DNA from: Haplodiscus bocki
Taxonomy: Eukaryota
DNA: 64,000 bases
Assembly (NCBI GenBank): GCA_965655095.1
Contig: OZ296652.1
Coordinates: forward strand, 54,064,001 to 54,128,000
Direction of reading: 5' to 3'
The translations under genes and the position numbers were made by a program. Below are positions 52,040 to 64,000 of this stretch, one piece after another. Under the pieces are notes generated by a model that was not told where the DNA came from, searched no databases, and saw only the letters and a list, made by a program, of their open reading frames with translations. How positions within the stretch are numbered: the stretch's first letter is position 1; every line of letters begins with the position of its first letter.

Positions 52040-53179
52040 ATGTCAGAGAAAGAAAGAGACGATGACGTGGATTCTCTTGAGACGCCTGTTTCCGGTCCAG
52101 AAAGTGGTGTCCCGCAAGGTTCTGTAGATGGTCCCAAACTGAACGACACAGATGAAGTCCATTCCTCCAACAGCGAAAGGGATGAACGAGACATGGAATC
52201 AAACTCGATGAGTCTTTGGACTTTCAACGCTGCTGGAGCAATATCCCCACCTTTTTCGGGCTCCTCGTCTTTCGCAGATGAATCCCAACATTCGGAATCC
52301 TCGATGAACGTCTTTGACCTCAACATTCTTGTGTGTGGTAAATCGGGCAATGGTAAAAGCACGGTTGGAAACTTTTTAATTGGATATGAAAAGTTTCTGA
52401 CTGGATTTTTGGGCACAAATTTGAACGAACCTCTGCACTGTGAAATTGGGGAAGCAAAAATGAAGTTCAAAAGTGCTGGAATTGGAACAATGCGGCTCAT
52501 TGACACCCCTGGTTTGTTCGATTTCGAGTCAGACCCTTTGGAGACTTTGTCCACTATGGGCCAAGTTGTGTACAGCTTACCTGGAGGCCTTCATGCATTC
52601 ATATTTGTGTTACCCTACAACGAAACACTCACAGATGACGATGGAAAAGTTTTGGGCGAAATGAGTGAATTCTTCAGTCGCAGTATGATGAAATATACCT
52701 TCTTCCTTCTAAATTCTTACCGTTCTGACATCTCACCTCCCGACAACTTAGCGGAAACGCAGCCTAATCCGATCCAAAGAGCCATTTCAAAATCGACGCA
52801 AAAAGTTTGGCTGGTTAATCCGATGGAAACATGTGAAGAGAAGAGACAAGACATGAGGAGGTCTATTTTGAGTGATATTATTGAAAACCTGAACAAAGTT
52901 GGCAAGCCTTATGACTCAGCACAACTCACAAGTTACCATGCCCGTAAACAAGAGCAAGAGAAGTTACTCAAATGCGAACGGGACCTGAACCAACTGAAAC
53001 TGTATGGAGACAATGAATTATCTCGACTGCGCAAGGAGAATGAGATGCGGGCTGAATTGATGACCCGAATTGAGTTTGAGTCTTTCAATGATACAGGAAT
53101 CGGAAGAAAAGTGTTCATCGAAGTGGAAAAAGAATGTAATCGAAGACAGTTCACTGATTCAACCTGTCCGGTGCAGTAA
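52040..53179 (+). CDS. AIG1/GIMAP-family GTPase with acidic N-terminal extension, coiled coil and C-terminal CaaX box
   Basis: Intact 379-aa single-exon ORF. LNILVCGKSGNGKSTVGN (G1), LIDTPG (G3), PGGLHAFIFVL (AIG1 conserved box), charged helical C-terminus ending CPVQ; AATAAA downstream. Confidence 0.92.
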   Translation: MSEKERDDDVDSLETPVSGPESGVPQGSVDGPKLNDTDEVHSSNSERDERDMESNSMSLWTFNAAGAISPPFSGSSSFADESQHSESSMNVFDLNILVCGKSGNGKSTVGNFLIGYEKFLTGFLGTNLNEPLHCEIGEAKMKFKSAGIGTMRLIDTPGLFDFESDPLETLSTMGQVVYSLPGGLHAFIFVLPYNETLTDDDGKVLGEMSEFFSRSMMKYTFFLLNSYRSDISPPDNLAETQPNPIQRAISKSTQKVWLVNPMETCEEKRQDMRRSILSDIIENLNKVGKPYDSAQLTSYHARKQEQEKLLKCERDLNQLKLYGDNELSRLRKENEMRAELMTRIEFESFNDTGIGRKVFIEVEKECNRRQFTDSTCPVQ

Positions 53180-53215
53180 ACGCATCAAAATGACGTCATT
53201 TATAATGCGCAAGTG

Positions 53216-53221
53216 AATAAA
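53216..53221 (+). promoter_or_regulatory. Polyadenylation signal of the GIMAP-like gene
   Basis: AATAAA starting 37 nt after the stop, followed by T-rich sequence. Confidence 0.55.
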
Positions 53222-53370
53222 TTTGTTTAGATGAATATCGAATCTCAGTTTATTTTAGTTACGAAATTTTTATATTCTTCATACAATATGCAAGTTTAGC
53301 GGTAGTGGTCTAACCAAAAGAAACATTCGGTAGGCTAACTATATAAGCAGAACTTAGCAGACTACCAAAT

Positions 53371-53443
53371 AGGACTGTAGTTTAATTGGGAAAGCATTCG
53401 GTCTGCAGATTTGAAGGTGTGGGTTCAAGTCCTGCCAGTCCTA
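53371..53443 (+). tRNA. tRNA-Cys(GCA)-like sequence (pseudo-tRNA or SINE head)
   Basis: Acceptor AGGACTG/CAGTCCT, D arm GTTT/AAGC, anticodon loop CT-GCA-GA, T arm GTGGG-TTCAAGT-CCTGC. The anticodon stem is weak (G.U, G.U, U.U) with one extra base. Confidence 0.6.
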
Positions 53444-55739
53444 TATGTTTGCTGTGTCTGCTTTGAAGTTAGTCCAGTAAAGAACCAGAGACTTTGTCAA
53501 ATTAATTAAAAAATTGTTCATTAGCAAAACTACAGTAGTGTCAGAAAAGAAAGGAACCTTTAATTGTGAATTAATACTGGAACGCTACATATACTTGCGT
53601 AATACTCGAAAACAACTGAAAATCACAAATTATGTTCGAAACAAGAGTTTCTTAGAATTTTATCTAGTTTACAATGGTGTTTGTTTGAAACTTCTACAGT
53701 AGTGTTTGAAAAGAACGGAGCTAAAGAGCCAATAGGATCTCGTTATTTGCTCTCAATTCGCAATCTCATTAGTTAATATTTGCCAATTTTGGTAATCTCT
53801 GTCGTTTTTTTCGAAATTTGACCAACTTTGAAAAAACTTTTCCGAAAAAATATGTACCACAAAAATTCCCCAGAATTTCTTGAATCCTATGATATATTTT
53901 GATTGCCGAATATAAATAGAATTCGCAAATTTTCCCCAGAATTTTCATCTTTAACACTTTCTTCACAACTTCGAATTTTCAGAAGAAATTGCAAAAAGTA
54001 AAAGTCTAATTTTAACATCCTATTTTAATACATTGATTTTCAAATTTAATAGATTCAAGATAAGTTTTCAAGTAGTTTTTGAAAACTTTTCCGCCGACTG
54101 ATGATACCAGCTGTTGCAGAGACATCAGAGGCATCTATTGATCAAATAAAATTCCATAATAATTTTTTTAACGTTACGAAATTCTCAAAAGAATGAAAAA
54201 TTTGGCCAAAAACGCATTGTCTAGTTTCTGCTCTATTCGTTGCAAATTTTTCAGACGAACACCATTATAATCTCCTGAAAATTCTAAGAATATTTTGTTT
54301 CTGGAACTTTTGTCCAAAATGATTATTCCCGGAGTTATTCGTGCTTAAAGTTAACTTATGCATTAAAGTTGTCGCATTAAAATCACTACTGTAGCTCGCA
54401 TTTCTTGACTGCGCTAAAAACTAAAGATTCTGTGGCTAAACATGATTTTAAGTTTTCTTCTTTTTCGCTAGCTCGTTAATGCACTGAGAGTGGAAATGTA
54501 AATGCTCCAATTAACCTACAAATTTGAATTGAATAATCGAATTGTTCACTGAAAAGTGTTAACTGAATAACCGTCAAGAAACAACATGCATTTTGAGGAT
54601 ACTGACGGATTGAAACTTGAGCCTAATTAGTTTTTTAGCTCTGAAATACAAACTGAAACTATTATTCAAGATGCACCGCGAAAAAAAACATTGTTGTCGG
54701 TTTTCCAGAAAAATTGAGCAATTGTTTCTAAGAAAAAGAATTCGAGGATTTCAAAACCTTCACCAATAATTCAAAAATGAACTCAAGGGCCATCATTGCT
54801 TAGCAATGCTGTGGAGAGATGGTGTATACGAGTACGACACTTAGTAACTCCTTGGACGGATATTAAAAGAAATGCCCAAAAGGCTATATTGGAGTGTTCT
54901 ACGTTCCTCGTGGAAACTCTAAAAGATGAGAAAACGATTGCTTCGGAAGACTTCTCGAAGATATAGTTTAACTAGAACGAGCGATAACAAACTATCATTA
55001 TTGGATTTTCTTTGATAGGGCAAACTTGTGGCACGGTTTCATAGAGCTACAAACTGTGCCAAAATTATTATTCAATCGTATGCAGAAAGACCAAAAAGCG
55101 AGCTCAGTCGGGGCTTTACTGTTCGACTTGTGTGAACCAACCGATTCGGTTTTACTGACTGGCTGCTTCATCCGCAGCGGTACGATCATTGAAAGCATAC
55201 CGATAATGATCGCATTGGTAAAAGTGTAGATTATTTAGTTGGAGGCAACTCATTTGTTGATGAGATTCTCGAACTTGAATTAAGAAATTCTATACTAAGT
55301 TTTCCAATGCACACCATATCATACACTGCAATTCCTTGCACTCCCCGCAGTCTACATAAGGACGTTCAATCGCAAGCGAAAAACGTTGGTATGATCAATA
55401 CATCGAGCTGAAATTTGCTGAGGCCTCGTTTGGTTCTGATGTACCAATTTTGGAAACAAAGATGCATTGAAAAAGCTCATACATTTTTTAAATCAAGAAA
55501 CCGACCATGAATTTTGACGTGTGATTTTTAAAGCGCGCGAGATGGCATCAGCTTTGAAACTGAGGGAACCAAAAAAGACGTAGAAGTTGGTGTGAAACTG
55601 ATAGCGTAGTAACCAGAACAAAATATCGAAAAACCTGTGGAAACAGCAGAACCGATCATACAAGAAAAGTTACCTTGACATTTTTTTAAGCAAGTTAATT
55701 GATTTAAGTTTCAACAAAAATGTGCTGAGCCTCGGAACC

Positions 55740-56727
55740 GAAAAATTGAAAAGATTATCAGTCATTGTTGAAGTCCGCTCAGGATCCAAAACTATTCTAG
55801 ACGTGAAAACAGCAAAATACATTTGAACAATTGCAGCAATTTGACTTTTTACTTCCTTACTATGATGAAAACTACGACTTTTCACTTTTCCAGAAATTTT
55901 TGTAGTCACTTTATTTTTCATCATTCAACTGTTCACTGACTTATTCAAAGTTATTTTGTAAAACAAAATTGTACGAGAAGGTTCGGCGACGTCTCATTGA
56001 GGCGTTTTTTTTCGAGAAAGAATTACATTTGATACAAATTTCTACAGAAGATAACCGTTGATAAATTGCATTCGAAAGGTTCTGGGATCATGACAAATTG
56101 GCTGCAGGCGTTTTCTGACTTATTTGGCAATGTAGATCTAGAACAACCCAGTTTTACAAAAAACTTTGCCTGCGAAGACCATTTTTTTATATTGTGGATT
56201 ACAGTTTCTTTCCCCGAGAACGGTAAATAATTTTTTACACCGCTCATTGACTACGAAAAAGTCATGAATTTAGTTGATTGTTCACATGCTTGGAGAAAAC
56301 ATCTGGTACATGAAACGGTAAGATTTTGCGAGTAATTGCGAACATCTATTCCACAACTGAAGCATGTGTGAGAATTGGCAGAAGCCTTACCGATTATTTC
56401 AATTATCAAGTTTGTGTGAGACAGGAAGTTGTTTTTTCAACAGTACTCTCCACAATCCTACTGAATGTTCTCGAAACGTACTTGAAAAAACAATGCAGAA
56501 GTTTCATTTTTCTGACAAATTGAAGAAGTCAGTGAACAGTTGAATGATGAAAAATAAAGTAACTCTAAGAACTTCTGGAAATGTGAAAAGTCGTAGTTTT
56601 CATCTTAGGAAAGGAGTAAAAAATCAAATTGCTGCAATTGTTCAAATGTATTCGCTGTTCTTACGTCTAGAATGGTTTTGGATCCTCAACAGACTTCAAC
56701 AAAAATCGATAATCTTTTTAATTTTAC
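55740..56727. repeat. Inverted repeat, ~210-bp arms around a ~570-bp spacer
   Basis: 55740-55947 is the approximate reverse complement of 56520-56727; ORFs 55924(-) and 56544(+) give near-identical translations (MMKNKVT...KSRSFH...QIAAIVQMY). Confidence 0.85.
56240..56500 (+). mobile_element. Non-LTR RT fragment
   Basis: IDYEK..., then RVIANIYSTTEACVRIGRSLTDYFNYQVCVRQEVVFSTVLSTILLN (the GVRQG..LSP.LF region). Confidence 0.75.
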
Positions 56728-59295
56728 TAGGAACCCTGGTGGATATGAATCAAAGACGCCAATTTGACTGTTTGTTTTCTTATATGCAGACGTGGCAGTC
56801 TTATTAACTAAATTGAGAAAGAATAGCAAATAGCTCTTGAGACAGTGTCTAGATTTTTTTCCACAATACAGCCTGCTGAATAATTGCTCCAAGACAAAAT
56901 ATATGATCTTTGCAAAATGTAAAGTTCACAAACGGGTAATGTCAATTGAAAAGCTGTTTTTTCAAAAGTCATTTTGAAACAAAACAACAGATTTCTACTG
57001 ACAAGGCAAAAAAAGTCGCTACAGTGAGAAATATTATTCAGCGTCATGGCTGAAAGGGAAAATGATGACCTAGTTATAAAAACCAGACTGCTCTTCTGGT
57101 CATTCACACAAATGGATGTGAAGTTTGGAGGTACAAAAACATGGAGCGGATCGAGATGTTCTTTTGAAAATTTTTGAAGAACAGGAAAAAAATTAACCAA
57201 GCCGATAGTGTACGCAGAAAATAGAATGCTAGAAATTCGCTTCGGTACATGGTCTTTTATGATCCAATTTGGGTAGACACTTAGTAACTCAACCGACATG
57301 TACTCAGCATTTCCTCATAGATGTTTAAAAAGCAGCGACACGACGGAAACCCATTGGAAACCGTTCGTGAAGTCATTGCTATATAAAGTTGAAGAACTTC
57401 AAGGACCTTCGATTCCACTTGTAAGGACTATGAAACTTGCTATGAAAATGGCTATAAAAGTTGCAAAGGAGCCGGATAAAATTAAGCAAGTGCTTCCAGG
57501 AATTAGAAACTAGCTACAGAAGCCTGCCAAAAAAGTGGTTTCTGAAAACTTACATTGAGATTAAAGAACTTGCACGACATTCTGTTGAACAGAAGGGATG
57601 TGCTATGAGTTTTTCAAAGGTAAATTTAAAATGTATAATGACGTTGTTATAAAGGAAGCAAACCAACAACAAAGTCCATTTTTAAAATATCCTACACCAT
57701 CGTTTAGTGAGTTCCTCTAAGACAATCCATCTTTCAAGAACGAGTTTTGCCTGAACAGTGGAGCATTTTGTCAATTCAATCAGGTCTTTACTCAGAGAAC
57801 TTGATTGCTCTATCTTAAAGGATCGTAGTTACATAGACATCGTCCATCACCTCTCTCAGGTAAGAGATTCTCTGTTAGGATATAGTTTGTATGTTAGGCA
57901 AACTTGGATTCCACTTTCCTCTTACACTTCACAAAAATTGAATTGCTTCTTTTAAAACAATTTAACTACCAAGTGGTTTATGCCTTTAACAGTTCAATTT
58001 CACTCGAAAAATTTAGATGGAAGAATTTTGAATACATTTACATCAGTAGCTTGGCACAAAAAAATTTTGCCTTGATAAGCTGAGTGTGAGACTTGTGAGA
58101 AGAATTACATAAATTTTTTAGGAACTTCACAGCAAAATTGGGTTCTCCCGAAGAAGATTGTGAGAGAGTGAAAGCAAACCTGAATAATTTCAATGATCTT
58201 GAAAGACTAACTTGCGTCATGCACTGGATTGTTCTTGAATCACTTTTCGGATAATATTGAGTTAGTCTGAAAAACTGCAAATTTCACTGCAAACTGAGTA
58301 ATAAATCTTTTTCTTTGAATAGAGTAAACGTTATCAAGCTCCTTTAGATGAACCTGTGATGGTTGTTGAAAGTCATCACAAATTGTGTGAAGTTGATAAA
58401 TATTTACAACCTGAAAATCTTTCTAATACTGACAGGATTCTAAAGTAAACTGGTTAAAAAGAGGAAAAAAATTCAATCAACGTTTTTGAAAATCTTAAAA
58501 CAAATGCTTTTGACAAACGTGAAGCAGTATGATGTTTTAATGAAAAAACTTGGCAACCCGACGCTCTCCAAATTGGAAATTTGTGTCCGGTGTGATAACT
58601 TTGGAAGTATGCTAAATTATAAAAAAGATTATCTACCCATAAAACAATTGTAGTACTGCTCTCATTTCTTCTAAGAAAATAAAATAAAAATTTGTTTTCC
58701 ATACTTTTTTCAAGGAATAACTTTATTTTTGAAGAAAACGGAGGAAAAAAATCCTCAAAGGAAGAAAAAAGAACTTTTGTTTGAAAAAAATATTTTATGA
58801 GTCGTAAAACACAATCAGGAGAAGTTGAAAAGCTCTAATCTAAAATGACGTTTTTAGAAAGGCGATAGAAACTTTTCAGGGGATGGATAAAGGAAAAAAA
58901 ATGAGACACAATAAATTTAGATTAATGGGGCGAAAACCAGAATTAAGTAATCCAATCTTGTAGAAAAGAACTTTTATGACTTTCGTATCAATTACACCTA
59001 GATTTGAAAAAGTAAAAGGAGATCATTGATGACATATATCAGTTCGCAACTAAAAAAATCTGTTCAATTTTTTTTGGGAAAGGCTGCTCGTTTTTTGATA
59101 AATGTTTAATTGATTCTGTTTGCAATGATTTTTGAAAAACGAGTTTTCGAAGTTTCGATAGAGTTTAAACAAACTTTGCATCTGCGGAGAACAAAATTCA
59201 CTCTTTCATCAGCAACCTACGAGAAGTCAATTCGAACCACCAGAAGCGTTCTCGGCTATCTATTGAAATATGCAAAACTTTCAAAGAAACTAAGG

Positions 59296-59801
59296 GGAGA
59301 CAGGAATAAGATCTAATGGAATAAGATCTAATCGGCAAATTGAAACAAGATCTAATGTACTAAATGTTCCACAATAGGACATCTTACTTTTCAAGAAAAG
59401 CAAAATGAACGACCAAAATCAACTATCTCTTGAAATTTATCAATATCAATGAATTCTTTTAAATGCATTGAACACAAAAATGTCAGGATATCATAAATTG
59501 GAATAAGATCTAATGGAATAAGATTCAAAGGAAGTCATCTCGAGAATCAGAACTTTTACGCCTGCCCTCTATTTCCTCAAAATTTGCCATTGCTACCTGG
59601 AAAACTCACGAAAATCACAAATTCCGATTTTTCAAGGATAAATTAGAAGTTATTCCACGTAAGACCTTATTCCATTTTAGATCTTATTCCATTAGATCTT
59701 ATTCCAATTCAGATCTTATTCCAACACTGTGCAACTGAGCATGTCAAAATTTTAGATCTTATTCCAGTAGATCTTATTCTTTAGATCTTATTCCAACCTC
59801 C
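59296..59801. mobile_element. Foldback/MITE with GGAATAAGATCTAA subrepeats
   Basis: Several direct copies on the left and reverse-complement copies (TTAGATCTTATTCC) on the right; GGAG..GGAATAAG termini; no clear TSD. Confidence 0.75.
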
Positions 59802-62800
59802 ACATCATAACAAGTATTATGATGAAAGGTTAATTTCGGAAAAATGAATCATGACTTATCGCAAAAGTTTCGGTTATTCGAATTTTTGATAAGTCAGAAA
59901 GATCGAAAACTTCAAAAAATTCAGTAAAAATTGTTGTCAGTTTGCAAAATTTCGGTAGATTTTTGTCTTTAAGGCCAAAAGTAGTACCAATTTCCCCCAA
60001 ATTTCGCAACTATTGAGTTTACAGAGAAAATTTATTCATCTCAGAAATCGACCAATCACTAGGCTCCATTTGGCACTTTCCGCAAAAAAGTAGTCCCAAA
60101 AGAACAATCATCTACGTTTTTTTTGCAAAAATCAAAAAATTATATAATACTTTTCGATCATATTTTTTGTTTGCACTGGTGCCTGACCTATTGTTGTTGC
60201 CGAAAAATTTTCTACATTCAAAAATTTTCTCAGTTTGACGAATTTGTTTCGGATTTTGCACTGCATCGAAGATTTATAACTGAGTCAACAAATACATGTA
60301 GTAGCCCGGAAACTTGGAAAATTTCGCAGACAAATGTAATTACAATTTTGCAAAGAACAATGAAAACCCCCGCGAAATTGTGTAAATCTCATGAAAGAAA
60401 CTTATTAAATATCAAGGCCACAGATAAATTTCCGTCCTTGAACAATTGTGTATTATTTTTCTAAAATCATGCAAATAGTTTAAGGTATTTTGTAAAATCA
60501 TGTAAAGTTTCAAATGCAAGAAGACTAGGGTTGTAAAAAATAAAATAAAAAAGTGTCAGCAAAAAACCAACTTTAAGAATTTTCTCGCGCCCTACTAGAC
60601 TCCAAAGAGTACATAAGGAAAAAAGTTAAAAAAAAGAAGCATCAACTTTTCTGACTTGAAAACTGAATTCAGACAGATCTATGAAACCAAAGTTTCATCC
60701 AAGAAAACTTCTAGCGTAGACCAAGAACATGCGAACTGCGTATGCTAATCAAACACTGAACTGTAACACATACATGGAGCTTCTGAAAAAACTTTACAGC
60801 CACAACTTGGAACTTTTTCATTTGCAGTATCAGCATTAGTAACAGAAGGCAAATCCAATCACTCAATCCTAATCGTTAGATTTCTCTCCAGATGAAATGC
60901 CTTTTTGTTATTACAGCTGAAAATTGATTTAGAAGTTGTTTTTTTTTTAAATTTTGCTAGCTCATCACCACAGTACGACTCTCTGTTGTGTTCAAGGAAC
61001 ACTTCACTAACAGAAGAGGCTCCTTCTACTGAAACTTGTATACTACCGAAAAACGTTTCTAAAGCAACAAGTATCTATCTTACTCAGACTGTCAGCATTA
61101 GTCTTTATTCTGCCAGGGGATGGTGCTTCTTCCAGATCTGAAATTCTGAGCTCACTCTTATTTTGATGTGCGGGAAAGAACTATAGGTCAGAATTGCAGT
61201 TGTAAAATGTTTAACCAGATTGAATTAAAGTGCTGAAACTATACAGAAAGAAAGTTGGTAATGGTTAAGGCTACGATGAGTTTACAAAGTCTGCAGAGAA
61301 GCATGGACATAAACGCCCGGTTGACATTTGGTTAAAAAGAACAATGAAGGTAAATGTTTTCCCTGTAATGAGTCCAAAATCATCAAAAAACTTTTATTTG
61401 TAATTGAAGCTTCTCGATTCGGCATTTTGGGAAAACTGCCAATGTCGACAAAGTCAATGATTACTCGAAAAAAATGGCCAAGCTCTCAGAAAATTAGCTC
61501 CATCAGTTTTGCTATTGGAAAACAAATGTACACGAGAAACAGGGTATTCATAACGTTCAACAAGAAATGTCAAAAAGCCGTTGAACCATTTACAAAATTG
61601 TGGAAGACATAGATGAAAATTTATCTTGTCGTAATAAAATAACAATATGAAGTCAGGTTTCTGAATTGACATTTTTTTCAAACTTTCATCCTAAAAAAAC
61701 TAGAGTTGTTTCTATAAGAGGTTATACAATTGATCCATTTTCATTCAAAGAATTGGTCTTTTTCTTCAATTCTGAGCCTAGAAGTCATTTTCGTTTTATT
61801 TTTTATAGAGGTTCAACAAACTGGAATACTTTTAAATTCATTGGCATTAAAAGATGCAAAGTTTTGTTAATCTGAAGTTGTTGAAAATGTTAGGAAAGGT
61901 TTTCAGATCGAGATCTTCTAGATATGATAAAAAAAAGTTAATCAAAAACAGAGAACAAAAATTTTGTCAAAAAATCCTATTTCACCTCGGCTTCATTTTG
62001 GTAAAATGTAAGTAGTTGTCAGAAAATCAACAAAATGAGCAATGGAAATTTTTTTTTCTAGAATGTATTGTTCTGCCACAGCAGTTCATTAGAAGTGCTT
62101 CTGACCGTCACGACGAAATAAAAAAAAGTCAATTTACGGCTCAACAAAACGATTAAACTACTTGAAAAAATCAACGTAAAAATAGATAATTTGTATTTCA
62201 TAAATATACGTTTCATGCAATTAGCAAAAAAAGTTTGAGCAACCCTTTTTGCCACATAATCAGTGATAAACCTAAATTAGACTGAGATGATTTTTCCAAA
62301 GTTACGTTTAGAGAAGTAGCTTCTGCTGTACTTCAAGCGGCTGAATTTGATAGATTTGCAGAAACAACTGGTATAACAATAGTTAATTTAAGTCCTCTTG
62401 ATTTTATCAAGGAGTGCGTTTTCAGAACGAGTAGGCGAAAACATATGAGAAGAAGGATCATGATCCTAAAAACATTTTTTGTACAAACAACTGTCTTCTG
62501 TTACAAAAACAGAATAGTTAAAAATTGGAGTTGACTGTAATCTGAACAAATTTTAAACTGATTTTTGCAGTATAAAAAACGGACATCATCTAGGATAAAG
62601 TCTCCCAAGAAATTTTTCGAAAGCTTCTTGTATTTTGCTCGGCACCTAGTGCATACAAGATTTGGAGTTCGATTTGAATAACTCTGAGGAAAAAATTTGA
62701 AACAATTGTAATAAGTCGGGTCCTTGAATTCGTTCTAAAAACTGATATAATGATAGTTGGTTTGTACTAGACTACACTCCAAGAATAGGGGATCATTTCT

Positions 62801-64000
62801 ATTGTCTGAGCATGTTCTCTAAAGGGCACCACTTGAAGTGAGCTGAGTCTATTAGTTTGTTTTTGTAGAAATTGCTGCGGCACAGACTATTTGGAATTTC
62901 TAGTTGGGGTATAAAGTGGTATGGAGGTTACTGTCTATTTCACCGTAGCGTTTCTGCCAAGCAACAAACAGAGTGACGAAACTGCAAAGAGAGACAGTTT
63001 CCACGAATCAGCAATCACTTCTGCTCATTGAATTGTTGGAACGGAGGAATCTTCAGATGCTGGTACTTTAATGTTTTAGAGTAATGATAACAGTTCACTA
63101 GCGTCGTGGAGAGATTGTTTTTACTTCAGATGAATGACTTCGGATATTTTTCGCTCACGTTTCACATCGGATGCAGGTTTTGGAGTTTGTAAGATTAACT
63201 TCCTTTATTTTCATTGAATATGGTTTATATGTTTCGGGCAATCGACGCCAGAAGGAGTATTTTTTTCCGAAATATAAAAAAATTTTCAGAAGCTATTAGG
63301 TTTTCAGTGAAAGGATCTGCTCCTCCGATTACGAGCTGGTTGATAACTATTCCATTAGTGATGGACAACAGCAGGTTGGTTTTTTGTTACTGCTCACAGA
63401 GACGCTCGGTATGTTTCTGAAAGTATTTTTTTTTCAGAAGTAATTGTCTTTCGTAGAAGCGTCATCACCATCTGTTGACATTGTTGCTGATACGAAGAGT
63501 GTAAACTTCCAGTCACTGGACTTTGAACTAAAAAGTTAGCATACTCGCATAGTTGCTATGAATAGAGATACGCAACATAAAGTAGACTTATTACTAAAAC
63601 ACGAATACTTGAGAAAAAGGTAGCTTTTATTCTGCATTCAAAAGAAAAAACTGTTTATCTTCCTGGATTATTTTGTTTATTTTCCAGATCCCTTTTTCTC
63701 TTTCATTATGTTTTTACTTTTTTGGTCTTCGAACGAAATAAAGGCTAGTGTAGTCATATCATATTTTTCTTCGTTATGCTTTTGTTATCTCAAAAAAGTG
63801 TTTACACTTTTTTCATGTGTTAGATTATGCTTTGAATTTTTAGGTTCTTCATTTTCTAATAAAATCATCTCAACAAACTTGGCTATGCCCTCCAGTTATG
63901 AAATATCATTTTCTTTAGATGATACGCTAATTTAAGGATAGGAAAAGGTTATCACTTTTATTATACCGAACTGACCAAAATCAATACGTTTAGTTGTCTC

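Noticed and set aside
52009-52554. 181-aa antisense ORF over the GIMAP (likewise 31516-31896 and 32532-32765)
   Set aside because: Antisense shadows of real coding frames with no motifs.
55670-56807. Pair of duplicated small genes (MMKNKVT...)
   Set aside because: Translations of the two arms of an inverted repeat; they diverge by frameshift and have no protein features.
60600-63560. Decayed minus-strand gene
   Set aside because: Patches look coding-like, but no consistent frame, splice pattern or motif could be supported.

Overview
AT-rich eukaryotic, almost certainly animal, genomic DNA with GT-AG introns and a heavy load of decayed transposons. The repeat style suggests an invertebrate such as an acoel, but this cannot be confirmed from the window. 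Two genes are recognisable, both on the + strand. (1) A ~25 kb multi-exon locus (about 22.45-47.60 kb) that the ORF track fragments. Spliced by hand with mostly matching intron phases, it encodes roughly 1,900-2,000 aa: signal-peptide-like N-terminus, PAN/apple-like module, EGF, at least 9 Ig domains, EGF/Cys-rich repeats, a Ly6/uPAR three-finger domain and a GPI-anchor signal. It carries in-frame stops (three TGAs fall where Cys is expected), single-base frameshifts at homopolymers and a 1.55 kb TIR transposon inside an exon, so it is most simply a young pseudogene or null allele. (2) An intact, intronless AIG1/GIMAP-family GTPase with a C-terminal CaaX box (52040-53179), followed by a tRNA-Cys-like element. 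The remainder is Polinton/adintovirus relics (packaging ATPase, adenain protease), LINE and Gypsy RT fragments, MITEs, ~175-bp degenerate tandem arrays and a (GAA)14 microsatellite. All calls come from manual reading; no database searches were run.
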